NCBI RefSeq assembly: GCF_038025025.1 | Contig: NW_027117349.1 | Location: 1,364,001-1,428,000, forward strand | Origin: Phyllosticta citribraziliensis | Taxonomy: Eukaryota | DNA: 64,000 bases | Direction of reading: 5' to 3' | Part shown: positions 23,575 to 37,052 of the stretch, in pieces | How the letters are laid out: every line of letters starts with the position of its first letter | Position numbering within the stretch: the stretch's first letter is position 1 | Made by a program: the position numbers and the translations under genes | The notes under the pieces: generated by a model | Told to the model about the DNA's origin: nothing | What the model saw: the letters and a program-made list of their open reading frames with translations, nothing else | Database searches by the model: none

Positions 23575-25750
23575 TTTTCTTCTTTTGTATGGTAGATTGA
23601 TGACGATTCGGCAATGGTATTATAAGGGACGGAGCGTGGAATAAAGGAGAGACTAGCACTGGAAGAGGAGAGTCGCTCGAGCCGGCGGCAAAGTGGAGCG
23701 ACCGTGTCTAGCAGACAGCGGCCGCAAGCAGGAGCAGACTGGAGAGGATGGTCGACGGCCGCGAGAGGAGAGCAAAGCGGAGAGGGTTGGGGAGCGGCAT
23801 TATTATTATTATGATGACGAGGGCGGACGAGGGAGGAGCCGATCAGCAGGTGAGAATAGGACGAAACGAGCGTTTTGGAGCATCATCATTCGCGGACTAC
23901 GGCGGAAGCTCGCGCTGGTCGAGTGGCACTGGCGAGAGCAGCTAGCTCGTGAGCTGGAAAGTGTGGGTGCGGTGTGCGCAGCGCTTTTGCTCAAGCAGGG
24001 GTGTCTCGGCAGCAGGCCCGCGACTGTGCTCAGGTCGTCAGTCTTCGGAATCTCCCCTACCTACGTCCTGTCCTCGTCTTGGTCTCCAGGAACGAGCCGC
24101 GGTCTCTGGCTTCCGCGCCGTCGGGCTGTGGCAGGCTGCCCATTCGTTTCTGCGACTCGGATGGCGTCAAACGGTGTCGCAGGAACGCGAACGGCGGCAC
24201 CAGGCCAGCGCCAATGGGGCAAGACGTCGAAGCTGATGATCTCTTGCTGCGCGGCATCTGCACGTCCCTTGCGGCGGCGAATTGCCATGACAGTTGCACC
24301 GCCGTGACGTCAGCCGGAAGGACGCGAGCAAAGACGATCAAACAGCATAATTAGGACGTCGTGCCCCTTTCGACGAGACCCTTTTTCCCTATTCTGCGAG
24401 GAGTGTACGGAGCATGTCGTAGCTTCGGCCGCTAGCCCGGCTGGGGCAGTCCAGGGTCACTTTGACATGAAGCAAGCCTCGACCCGAAGTTTGGGGTAAG
24501 GCGCTCCCTTCCGCCCAGTGCCCACACGTCTGCCGTTGGTTTGATGTGGTACCGCCCTTGGCTGCGACGCGAGGGACAGCGGACGATGTGAAACGGAGCC
24601 GGAACATGGCGAGAAGCGGGGTAAACAGAACATTCTGATGTGTCTGTAGATCTCTTGCGCGGTCCATCGCGGTCAATTTCGCGGCGCTGACATGACCTGG
24701 CGCGCCGTTGACGTGCGTCCCGTCGGGGGTGAAAGGAGAGGGATCGCTGCGCTTTGGATTGCACCATTCGAGTCGAGGGGTCAAAAGAGGCAAAGGGGCG
24801 CAGGTATCCTGTCGCGTACGTGTAGGTATGTATCTCGTCGCATGAGGTTTGTTTTGTTGGCTGGATGCAGGACGGGTGCGGGTGCGGGTCAAGGTGCAGC
24901 CAGCAGCTGTCACCGGCGACCTGTAGTTTCTCCGACCCGGAAACCTAATCCAATGGACCCGACACCAACCACTCGAGGTCCGCTCCGACCCACGTCCATT
25001 ATCCATCATGCTTTCTTCTCAAATGCAGGTGCTTTACTCTTTTCCTACGACGTACATCCCACGAGGCGTCAACTTTCAGTCGCTTTCTGCCGCTCCGCAT
25101 TCTGGAGACGTACCATTCAAGAGCTTGGAATCCCGCGCGTGAATTGAAACATCCGCGGGATGGCGGCACCTATCCCGTGTCCTCTGTTGCTTTTCCCGAT
25201 TCAAAATACGTACCTTAACCACTGCTCTAAGAGCAACCTGCCCCTTTCAGTCTTCACTCGTTGCACCGTATGACTGGTGCATACTGCGCCGTGCCCGAAC
25301 ATCGCTAGCATGGCCCGATACAGCCTCAACCTCCAAATCCTCTCCGCTATAAGACCTGGATAGCCATTATCACTGTCCGGATCGTCTCGCGAGGCTCCTT
25401 GAAAGGGAAGATCTCTGTATACCAGCAGCCAAACCGGCTTTCTTTTTGTTGCCTCTACGTCCCCATTCACTGTGGCGTCCACTCACGACCACTGTGGCCG
25501 CACATGGCGCTCAACGGCATGTTATCGCTGTCAAGAGGCGAAATACCCATCGATTGCCCGAAAAAGCCACCGTTGAACAATGATGATGTCTGCTCGCGGG
25601 ACAGGCCCTGGATGCTCCGAATCCCAGCGCTCCCCTCGGTCTGTCCAAACGCGAACATCTTGCAACGCCGTTAAAAGGCGGGCTCTGTTTTTCATTCTGG
25701 AACCTCCGAGTCTGCGTTGACTCTGCACGGCAGTCTTGAACCACTTCATC

Positions 25751-27107
25751 ATGCGTTACTTATTCTTCGTCGCTGTTTTGCCCTTGGTTTCTCCCGCTCG
25801 GCTGCTCTTGCCAGCTCCAAATGCCGTTGTGGTCCCAAACAGATACATCGTCACACTGAAACGAAATGACACGCAATCGGCTCTTCAGGCAGCTGTAAGG
25901 CGTATCGAGGAAAGTAATATTGGTCATGTCTACGACGTCGGAGAGTTCAGGGGCTTCTCCGCGACTCTTGACAATGCGACGCTTTGGGACCTTCAGAATA
26001 ACAATGCAGTACCAACAACGGACTTTCGTTACACTTGCTGTCGCTGATAACAAACAGGTTGAATCCATCGAGCCTGACACGACGTTTTCGACGGCATTGT
26101 TCGCAGTGCAAAATCCCGCGAATTGGAATCTCGCCCGCATCTCGCACCACAACCGAAGCAGCTCGCCAAAATACATCTACGACAGCAGCGCCGGCGCAAA
26201 CACCTGCGTTTACATCATCGACACTGGCATATATATCAACCACACCGACTTTCAAGACCGCGCCTTCGCAATCGCAAACTTCTCACCTGAAAACGACGTC
26301 GACGACAACCATGGCCATGGCACGCATGTCGCCGGCACCGTCGGCTCCGCCGCCTACGGCGTCGCCAAAAACGCATCCCTCCTCGCTGTCAAAGTGTTTG
26401 GTGCCTCGGGCACGGGCGCCGCGTCCGACGTTGTCGCCGGCATCGCCTTTGCGGCAAACGACTACGCTTCGGTGAACCGCAGCCAGTGCGCCAAGGGCGG
26501 CGTTGCGAATCTCAGCATCAGCGGGCCGTATACAGAGGCGCTGAACGCGGCGGTCAAGGCGGCTGTGGAGAAAGGGCTGTTCATGGCCGTCGCAGCAGGA
26601 AACAATGGCCAGAATGCTGCAAACCACAGCGCAGGTAGCGTCGAGGAAGCCTGCGCCGTGGGCGCGACGGACGCGAATGATGTGCGGGCGTGGTTCAGTA
26701 ATTTCGGGCCAAGCTTGGATATCTGGGCACCGGGCGTGGGCATCCTGTCGACTTGGAACACCGGGCCAAATGCGACGGTGAGTTTGCCTTGCGCGCCTTG
26801 GTTCACGTCGCGTCGCTGTCTTTCTCGTGGTCTCTCTCGGTACATGGAGTCTCTTCCGGCTGTCGCCCTCTGTCTGCTATTTACACCTTCGCTGACTTTC
26901 TGTCGCCAGAAAACTCTCGACGGCACCTCGATGGCGGCGCCGCATGTTGCCGGGCTCGCTGCCTATCTGACTGCTCTCGAAGGCGAAAGATCTCCCATTG
27001 ATCTCTGCAAACGCATCCAGCAGATTTCGACAAAGGACCTGGTAACAAACATCGACAACACTAACAGTGTCAACGATCTTGCCTACAACAACAATGAAGT
27101 GTGCTGA
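25751..27107 (+). CDS. Secreted subtilisin (S8A, proteinase K-like) with I9 propeptide, 3 exons
   Basis: Signal peptide; catalytic triad motifs IIDTG, HGHGTHVAGT and DGTSMAAPHVAG; AAGN oxyanion motif. Confidence 0.95.
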
Positions 27108-28592
27108 GAAATGACTGATCACGGGTTTCACGCGCAAAGTCTGAACTGGCGTTGTGGCAGCGTGGCAGTGGTATTTGCTTAGGTTTTTTCTGCAAAAGAT
27201 CGAAGTTCTGACAAGCTTAAAGCGGCATTAGGATCTAATTCCGCTGTTTGCAGTCCTCAAAATTCACGTCTGGTCTTGATGCCATTTCGACGACGCTGAC
27301 TACCTTCTCGGTCGCGTCCGCCGTTACAGCCAGACTTCTGGTGTCTTCAGCTCCGCGGGGCAGTCATTATTTGATGCTTCGAAGAATGGTTGATTTCGCT
27401 CCGCTCAATTGGACCTTGCGTCATCGTTTCTTCCACGCCAAGAAGCAAATCCAGCAAGGCTTTCTGGTTCATGCATTGTACCGATACTACGCGAGCAAGG
27501 ATGAGAATGAGAATCCCCATTGCCTTTGCCCGCTACAAGACACTTCTTAGCCAACATTAGTTTCTGAGTTTATCAGGTCACTTTGAGTCTCCTTGAGCTT
27601 TGCAGCCCGACTCTTTGCAAATTTCGCCAAAATCTTGGAGTGGTGTGATACCCCTGGAAAGCTCGCAGGCAGCAGGCGCTTATCGAATTGTCGAGACAAC
27701 CGGGGCAGACAGGCAGGCATGCAGCTTAGCGACAAGCGTTGTCACCGGCGGCAGTCCTCCGTCACTCTCTGCGGCGTAGGTGCATTCAATACCGCCCGTT
27801 TTGTCTTTCAATCCTTGATGTCCGAGGATGTTTCCCTTGACCTGTTGAGTTGTCTGTCTCACTTCACCTGTGCCCTTGCGACCTTCTGTTCCTTCGCCTT
27901 GCGATTGTCGTCGCCCGCGCTTACGAGCAAGGCTAGCAGGCGGAATTGCAGTGCGCCATCAAGTACGTGTTCGCTGAATCTGAGCAAGGATCGTCACACA
28001 TCAAGAATCGGGTCGAGCTGGCACACTTGGTCAGCCATGCAAACAAAAATGAGGCTTACCTTTCAGAAAAGTCCCAAATGACCGACAGGTAGTTTGGATG
28101 GAGTACCTGCAGCGTTTCGAGGATTCCGTCCTGCGTTTCGCGGCTAAAGTCCATCCTCAACCGCGCGGTTCGTATCTCAGCCGTGACAATTGCGACCCAA
28201 TCCTTTCTCCTGCTCGAGCCGACCTTCAAGAGTCGAGGTGGCTTGTCTGTCGAGATTAGGACCGATCTTCGAGAAGACAACCCTGATGTTGACATTTTCC
28301 CGGCTCTGCATATGCAGGAAACAAACGGACACCCGAGCGGCCCAATTGAATGCGGAGGTGTACTGTGGCGCTTCGTACGTGGACGCATCTTTAGCTTGGA
28401 CGGTCTGGCTGCATATCTCTGAGGCGGTGCAGCGTCTACTGCAACCTGGTCGAGCACACCTCCACGTCGACTTTAAATTCGACTGATCTTGGTATTTTTG
28501 AGATCTCTTCTCACCACAAAACTCAGCTTTCTACATCGTTCGCCACTCTCTACAATTGATTCCCATCTTGCTCCTCTGAATCCAAATTGAAA

Positions 28593-31500
28593 ATGGTGCT
28601 GGGTCTCTTCGGCGGCAAAAAACAAGAAGAGACTCCATGTGTGGACATTGAACGCCAGGATCCTCCGTCAGAAGGCCTGTTCATTCTCCATGATGACGGT
28701 CCTGACGCTGTAGCGGAGTAATATCATCGAGAAAAGACGCTAAGACCCACCGCTAATGCGCCGTTCTAGTGTCTGTTTTGTCCATGGCCTCGGAGGACAT
28801 CCCGAAGAAACATGGTCGAAAGGAGACTGTTGCTGGCCACAACAATTGCTCCCAAAAACCTTTTCGAGACGCAACATCAAGATACGCATCCTCAGCTTTG
28901 GATACGATGCTCGTCCCGCACAATGGGAAGCCGGTTCAAACAATAGCCGTGTCTGGGGCATTGCCAGAAAACTCATGCATCAGCTGGGCGACTTTGCCGA
29001 AGATTTGGGGCCCGAGAGATGCAATCGACCGATTGTTTTCGTGGGCCACAGCTTGGGTGGGCTCGTGATCAAAAGCGTTGTCTGTCAGTCGCTGCAGCGC
29101 AGTTCCGAAACATCAGAGCGAAAGGTTTTGGCTCGCACAGCTGGCATAGTAAGTCCCGCTTAATCTATTGCGGGGATGGTGGAATCACTCGTTGTCTAAC
29201 AAGATCATGCTTGCAGGTCTTCCTTGCTACACCTCATCACGGAAGCGACTTTGCGAAGTGGGCGAACTATTTTCAAGCCATATTCGTCATTGCACAGAGA
29301 GCGCCGAACAAGAATTTGATCGAAGTCTTAACACCAGACGCAGCTCAACTTAAAGATCTCGGTGACGGTTTCAATTGCGTCGCCAAAGCCATTCGAAAAT
29401 ACTGCTGCTACGAGACTAAGAGCACAGTCAAGGGAGGTATAGACCTTGGACAGGTAAGCAAGAGCTTTCCATGTATGGCGTGTAGCGCGAGATGACCTGC
29501 TGTCGACACTCGAAGCTCCAGAACTGTTCGAACGAGATCGTTATATCGCCGATCCCCAGTCCAGCACCTTCCAATGGCTCATGGACGGTTCTCATCCTCC
29601 ATTCGTCAACTTTCTCCGTGGAGACGACACGTTATTCTGGATCGTAGGAAAAGCAGGGTCGGGAAAGTCAACACTAATGAAATCCCTTCTCAAACACCCG
29701 GCTCTTCGCACGCACCTTGATGTCTGGTCGCCAGGCGAACCGTACGCGATTGCGTCTTTCTTCTTCCATCAGCAAGGACACCACCTTCAAAACTCCCTCG
29801 AAGGTCTTTTGAAGTCCCTTCTCTCTCAGCTTCTCCGGCAAGTGCCTGAATTTCTCCAAATTCTGCAACGTCACAACCACCGGTCAGGATCTTGGACCGT
29901 GAAAGAGCTCCGGGATGCCTTTAGAGAGTGCATGGCCGAAATCCCACCAATGACCCGAATTTTCCTCTGTATTGATGCCCTGGACGAGTACATCTCGACT
30001 GAGCAAAGGCCTGCATCTTCGAGTTCTGTCGGATTTCAAAAGAACAACCAGCTAGAGATAGCACTATTCCTTGGCAATCTTGCACGAGAGGGCCAACGGG
30101 TGAAGATTTGTGTCTCAGGCAGGCCGTATGAGGAGTTTCGAGCCGAATTTGATTCCGCCCATTGTCTGAGGCTACACGACTTCACTGGAACCGACATACT
30201 GACTTACATTGATGAAGGATTTCACGGGATTCAGGATTCCCACTGGCGGTGGACAGCTTTCGCTGATGAATACTCAGAGGTCCGTCAAACATTCTTGAAT
30301 CCTTCCTCGGTTCGGGAACTTGTTCGAGAAGCTATTTTCCAAAGATCCTCAGGCATCTTCTTGTGGGTTAAATTAGTTGTCGCCCGTCTTCGAGACCAAG
30401 TCTGGCGTGGATGCCCTCTATCACAATTGATAGATAGCCTCGACAAGCAGAACGATCTGGAAGGCCTCATTGAGTCAATGTGGGGAAATGTGCCCAAGGA
30501 GTCTCGAGAACAAGGTCTTGTCTACATTTACATGCTCCAAAAATCGCTTGGACGCCGCACTTCGAGCGAAGAATACCTGAATCTAGCCTCTTTTCCGACC
30601 ATGCAACAACGATGGACCACCCGACAGTTCTTCTCCGGAAACTTTGGCGAGCTCGACGACGAAAAACTTTTCGACTTGGAGCCTTTGGCCTTGTGCAATC
30701 TACAGGTTTCTTGCGGGCAGTTACTCGGATGGGGATATGGCCGTGTTGAAATCACCCACCAGAGTGTCATCAACTACTTCTCCAGCGACCAATTTGCTCA
30801 ATTGAACGCATTAGACTCGATTGACCTCGACGACGTGAAAGCGAAGGCCGATAGGTGCGCTGCTGCTAGCTTCATTCTGCAGCTGTGGAATCCGAAGCAC
30901 CTCAGGTCGCGTCCAAGGGATGTTGACCCACAGTATTGGGTCTTTGAAACGATTCGCATGGCCACGAGATGCATCGAAGACGTCGTAAAAAGGGGAGAGA
31001 TCACCAAGCTGGACGAACAACTCCTCGAAGCGGCATCGTCAAGACAGCTTTTGTCATGGGCATTTGGACTCGAATATCGCACCTTTTGCAAACTGTACGG
31101 AAGCACGCCCAGAGGAGAAATCTTCCGAAACTTTTGCCTCCGAGAGTTCTGGAACTCCGAAACACTCAAGGACCGAATGCCAAAATCGGAGACAAAAGAA
31201 CGCTCACTTGTCGAGATGTTGTTTGAGCTCGTATTGGTCGATCCAAAGGGACACACTTATGTCGAAGACATGTGGAGCGACTGTGACTTGAGCTCGGACA
31301 TGAAAACGAAGTTCCGAGGCCTCACCCCGTGGGAATACTGCCTGGCGCTCTTGGTCTTCTTCGAAATGATGCACTTGACACCGTTCGTCGCCAACGAGGA
31401 GATAAGACCATGGGGATCCCCGCGATGCCCAAGAGCTTCGGTCATGATACTGCAGGATCTTGTGGTTCAGCTCATCCAAAAAGGGGCAGATCCCTGCGCA

Positions 31501-32007
31501 TCGATTGAAGTCCATCGCATGACTTCAAGGAAGTGGAAAGGCGCACAGCCCGTCTGGGCTCTCTCATGCTACAAAAATCCCTACTTGTCACACTCCAGAG
31601 TTCTAAAGGGGGACATTGACCAAGTCTTTCGGAAAGGGCGAAAGATGTCGGCCCTCAGAATTGTCGGACGGATTTTCGGGGAGAAAAGTGAAGCATGGAA
31701 ATTGCTTCTGGAAAAAGGAGCACGACTTGAATCAGATGAATTCGAAAACGAGTTGATATGGCGACTGAATTCTCGTCCTTCCACAGCTTTCAACAGCACG
31801 AATGTGGCTCTCAGCGACGGGTGCGTCCCGCGGAGACCCTTCATTTTAGAAGACCTGATGGAAGAACGTCAAGAACTGGTGGACCAGTGGGCTCCTGGAC
31901 AGCCCGACCCAAGCCCCATGAGTCCGTTATCATCCATCATTTCAGAAAATTCGGACAGTTCCAGATGTGATGATAGTTTTACTGAAGATTCCAACATGGA
32001 GGACTAA
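28593..32007 (+). CDS. Fungal NLR-like gene: SesB-like alpha/beta hydrolase + NACHT, with a disrupted junction near 29454-29490
   Basis: VCFVHGLGG, FVGHSLGG, VFLATPHHGS; Walker A GKAGSGKST; Walker B LCIDALDE; SGIFLWVKLV; introns 28718-28769 and 29149-29216. Confidence 0.82.
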
Positions 32008-33236
32008 ATATTCCCCAGTTAGCAAAAGGATCGCTTCAGATGGAAGAAAGAAGGAGTGGCGACACTTGTCATCGCTCTTTAATCATTATCATCAAGTGGG
32101 CGTGAGCACTTCATCGCAAATAGGTAAGTTGCCGTCCAGAGCGCGAGCACCAATGCGTCTTCCACCTTCAAGTTCTCCGTGACTGATCCTCATGTAGACA
32201 GGCCTACGTCGAACCCTGAGCCTACCCTCCCTTGAACAAGTCGCACTCCAACCAAAACTCGAGTCGACCACGACTGCGCCACACCCCAATCCTAGCTCGC
32301 ACCACCAGATCGCTCGCGCTGCAGTCACCACTTGTCTCCGCTCCGCCCACTTGCCCCGTATTCCCGTCCGTCGGTCCACCAAGGTACCCGACGAACCGTC
32401 GCACCACCGCCAGGCAAAACAAGCGGCCACATCCGCCTACATCCGGCACCAACCACTTCGCGCTACGTCCGCATACACTACACCACACGCGACTCCGGCC
32501 GGCTTGACATTTCCACCGACTACTCGGGGACTCGCACAATCCCATCACCGCCTTGCTGCCCTGCCCAGCTTCCGTTTCTTGCATTCCAGTACTGCTGGAC
32601 AGAAGCTACGTCATTTGACACCATGACGACACCACGCATGCACCACAGCAAGCGTCGTCCGCCCGCCCGTCGGTCGGTCGGTCGTTCATGCACTGCACTA
32701 AGTACAGTACGCTACCCAACAGTCCATCATTGCGCGCAGACATGCAACCGCGGCGGCAGGTCCAACTAGCGCTACTCAAGCTTCATGTACCCAAGCCCAA
32801 CATGTCCAACATGTCCATCAGCCGCATGCATGCATACGTGGAGATCGGCATCTCGGTCTCGGCCTCTCCTGGCGCTCGGTGCGAAAGCGCTCGCACGAGA
32901 CACTGTTCTTCAGGGACAAACCGTAAAGGGCAGAAAGCCAAGGGCTTCAGGGTACCTCCTGCCTGCGTCGAGCTAATGTAGCCAGTCGAGTCGGCGGGTA
33001 GATTGAGGACGCCGAGGGGTTTAGTGATTGGTGCGTGATCTCCGTTTCTGTTTCAAGCGGAGAAGGGAAGTGCTGTGGTAGGTACATGTACTGAGTGGTA
33101 GTTCCACATGGTTTAGTAAACACCTAGGTCCGAGCAAAGACGGACGGGACGGACGAGACGGGGTCGCCGCGGACGGAGCCGCGGAGGGGATACGTACGCA
33201 GTGTACCGTGGAGAAGAGAGGAGGACAGCAGCAGTT

Positions 33237-33839
33237 GTCCAACCACGAACAGAGGGATTCGAAGCATGCTTGAATAGCTAATTCCCTGTCTCTCTATACG
33301 GCAGTTCCTGTCTACTTCCCCAGAAAAGCTAACTAGTAACACTTACTCCTACACCCCTTAACTCTACTAACCCCATAAAGCCCGCCCATCATGTCCGCAT
33401 CGGATCTCACCTCAATCAATGCCGGCCGTCCGCCAGTCGGCCACCCGCACCACAACCCCCGACAAAAAAACCAAAGGAATGCCCTCCACGGCCGCGACGC
33501 GCATGAACTGCCGAACACCGAGCACGCCGTGCCCCGTGTCCAACCACGAACAGAGGGATTCGAAGCATGCTTGAATAGCTAATTCCCTGTCTCTCCACAC
33601 GGCAGTTCCTGTCCACTTCCCTAGAAAAGCTAACCAGCAACACTTACTCCCACACCCCTTAACTCCGCTAACCCCATGAAGCCCGCCCGTCATGTCCGCG
33701 TCGGATCTCACCTCAATCAATGCCGGCCGTCCGCCAGTCGGCCACCCGCACCACAACCCCCGACAAAAAAACCAAAGGAATGCCCTCCACGGCCGCGACG
33801 CGCATGAACTGCCGAACACCGAGCACGCCGTGCCCCGTG
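33237..33839. repeat. 301-bp direct tandem duplication with RIP-like transitions
   Basis: Copies start at 33237 and 33538 with no indels. The 12 differences I counted are all C/T or G/A. Confidence 0.95.
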
Positions 33840-34794
33840 CCCCATGCTCCGTGCTCCGTGCCATGCTCCGCTCCCGTCCAACGGCCCGGTCCCGCACCAC
33901 CCGCGTCCCCGAAACCGAAACCGAAACCCACCAGACGACGGCAGCCAAGCGCCCAGCCCAGCCAGCGAGCAGCCTGCAGGGTATGTATGCAGCAGCAGAG
34001 ACAGGAGATGGGATCATAGGGGACCCGACGGTACGGTAACAACGCAGCCAGAAGAGGCAGAAGTAGCGAATCGATCAAAGAGGGTTTGGCGAGGGTTGCG
34101 CTAAACCGCGCGAGGCAGGACAGAGCGAGCGAGTGAGTGAGTGAGTGAGCGGGCGGGACAAGCCGCGGCCGCTCTTTTTGATTAGTGATGCTCTTCTCAC
34201 TCTAGACGACAGAGATTGGGCCTGAGATACGATTGATACGACAGTTCGACGACGCGGGGAAGGAACTAGGAAGGGACCTAACCAAAGGAAGCCAAAGCCA
34301 AGGCTGGCGAGCCGCGCGGCGCAGATTGGCTCCCGCTGTAAAGCCTCACGCCCGGCAGCTAGGTGATCTGCGGCATACATCATTGGATTGCATTGCGTGG
34401 CGTTGCCGTTCTGGATGGATATGCGCCTTTTTCTTATTCGCCGTGTTGCCGATTTGTAGTTGCGATTGCGATGCCGAGTTTGGGAGAAAGTTGGACAGGG
34501 GGCGGGTAGCGAGTCGTGTTCTTGATTGTTGCTTTATTCCCGCTGAAAGAGAAGAAGGTCGCTGTATACGTACAATGTGTCCGGTGAGTGTACTCCCAAC
34601 GCCGCGCAGAAAATGAAAGAGAATGAGACCAACCCAAACTCCAAGGCTCCAAGTAGGCGAGAAATCCAAGATCTATATGCGTGCAGGAACCAAAAAAGTC
34701 GTTACACATAGCTGTACATCTTTGCGGTCATGATTTTCAATCCGACAGTGCCAGTATTGCACAGAGTTTTTGCGCCGCCTTGAACTTACCTCGT

Positions 34795-36223
34795 CTACTC
34801 CGCCGTTGGGCGCCGATTCAACTCCTCACCTTGTTCGATGTTCTCCGCTATCCACGCGTTGAACTCTTTACGCATCTCGATTGGCAGGACGTGCCCCTGT
34901 CCCTCGATAACACGTTTTTGAACCTCTTTCTTTCTCAGGGCCTCCTTGTCTTTGCTCTTGCTCTTGTCCTCAGGCAAGCCCTCTAGGCCGTCGACAAGCA
35001 CGCCAAAGTGTTCAAACGGAATCATCCTGTCTTCGGTCCCGTGTAGCACCGTGATGCGGTCGTGACCCACACGCTCCGCCAGCTCCCATAGCTGCGCGGC
35101 GCTCTTGTGATGCCATCCGCATGCGACCATCTGCGCCGTGAAGCCGACGACGTTGAAATGGGCGGGGTCGCTGCGCTTCTTGATTTCCCCAGCCGCGAAT
35201 CGGTCTCCATTGGTAGGAAAGGGTTCGACGACAGCCTCGGTGGCATCGGGGGCGGCGAGCCAGTCTTGAGTGTACAGATTTCCTTTGACATAGGCAATCT
35301 GGGCGTCGAGCGAGCGCGGCATTCTGAGGATGATCAACATAGCCCGCAACGTGAAACACGAGCGAACGCGAAAGCGACTCACAGCATGTTGAACCTGTTC
35401 ATGAAATTCTCAATTATGCCCTTGGTACGGAAGATTTGCGAAGCGGTCGACACCAGCGAGAGGGAACAAATGCGGTCGGGGATCATGTAGGCCAGCTCTT
35501 GGGCAATCATGCCGCCCATGCTGATGCCTACGACGTGCAGCTCCCGCTTGCCGGACCACTTGAGATAGTCGACGACTTCGAGCACGTCTTTGGCCATTTC
35601 AGACGTCGAATACCGCATCAGCGGGCGATCCGACTCGCCAATGCCGCGGTTGTCAATGATGAGGCACGAGTACTTGTCTGCCTGTAGGTGGGCAAAGTCC
35701 TTGGTCTGGCGCTGCCATGCCGACTTGAGGCCGCCCAAGCCCATGATCCACTGCCATGGTGGTGATGTTAGCAGGAGCCAGGATTGAGAGGGTCGAGGCG
35801 CGCGTGTCAGCAGTCATGGGCAAATAGAGTTGTGGAGAAAAGCTTGTCTGCGGGCACGGTGCGACGGTTGTTGATTTGACAGGCGTGTGTCGATGATGAT
35901 GCATCATGAGCAAGGCTGAGGCAGAGACAGAGCGGAATACGAAAATAAGAGGTGAACATACGACAATGTGTCTTGGGCCATGGCCATGCAGCTCGTAGGC
36001 AATGTTAAAAGTGCCCACGCGAGCGGCAGCCACAGCCACTTTGCCCTTTTGCTCGGGCTTGAGGTTCCAAACAAGGTGGGGAAACTCTGGATGGGCTTCG
36101 ATCTCCCTTGCGGCAAGCGGGCGCGGAGGTGAAGGCTGGGTTCCGGTTGACCTATGCGCAAGTTAGCTTTGCCGAAGGGAGCCGCGGGCAGCTTGACCCT
36201 GGATAGGCACAGGAGGAATACAT
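34795..36223 (-). CDS. Alpha/beta hydrolase, 4 exons
   Basis: IAYELHGHGP, WIMGLGG, IDNRGIGES, nucleophile GISMGG, LHGTEDRMI, GHVLP. The start codon appears split by intron 36221-36152. Confidence 0.9.
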
Positions 36224-37052
36224 GGTGATGTTTGTGTCAACTAGGAGTCCAGGCTCGGACGGTGACGTGCAGCAGAAGAGCAGGGAGCTGGCTCTGGAGG
36301 GCGGACGAGAACAGGCGGCGTTGGGTTGTGTCTGTCTGACGGCATTGACTGTCCTGGCCACGAGATCCTGAGGCAGCCATCCGGAGGCCGGGGCTTGGTG
36401 GTTCCGAGGCAGCGCAGCGCAGCGTCACCGTCATCGTCGCTCTCGCACTTCACGCAGGCTGGCGGGGAGACTGCCCGTGCCATGGCGCAGTGGGTCAGTG
36501 TCTGCACCGGAGTGGACGGGTATTCGGTCGGTGGATTCGACATGCCCAAAAGAAAAAAGAAGCTCTTCAGAAATCTTCTTCTCATCGTCGTCGCTCGCTG
36601 ACCAATCGATGATGATGCGGCGGTGCCTGTACCCTACTGTGCCTTCGCCTTAGCTGCCGCAGCTTGAGCCACACGTTGCTGCTCCTTCAGCTGCGGTGCC
36701 GCGCTGACTCTTTCCTCCACCTTGTCATCCTCTTTTCTCTCCTCGACGTCCAGTCCTCCTCTTTGGCCTTTCGCATCCGCCCGCCCGTGAAATGTCCCCT
36801 GGGCGCTTCTTGTCCCGCCACAATCTCCTGTCCTTGTCGCACCCCGTCTGAGTCCACCTCTCACTCTACGTCACTTGCGCGACTCGCTGCCACCTCCACC
36901 CCCGCGTTCAACCCACGCTGTCACGCGCCAACATCCCGACCTTTTCCCAATTCGTTGTCCTGCGGAACCCTTTGAAACCCTCGGTCGCCCCGGAACCCTC
37001 GACAAAAGCAACAATCCACCCTGTGTCGCCTTCATCGTCGTCGTAGACCGTC

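Noticed and set aside
25201..25482. 93-aa minus-strand ORF ending at a donor-like GTACGT
   Set aside because: No ATG start or recognisable motif; could be a relic but cannot be supported.
33391..34039. Duplicated ORFs MSASDLTSINAG...
   Set aside because: A by-product of the 301-bp duplication, with no coding evidence.
35753..35961. Possible C/D snoRNA in the long hydrolase intron
   Set aside because: The C box is imperfect, and I recognised no rRNA guide or terminal stem.
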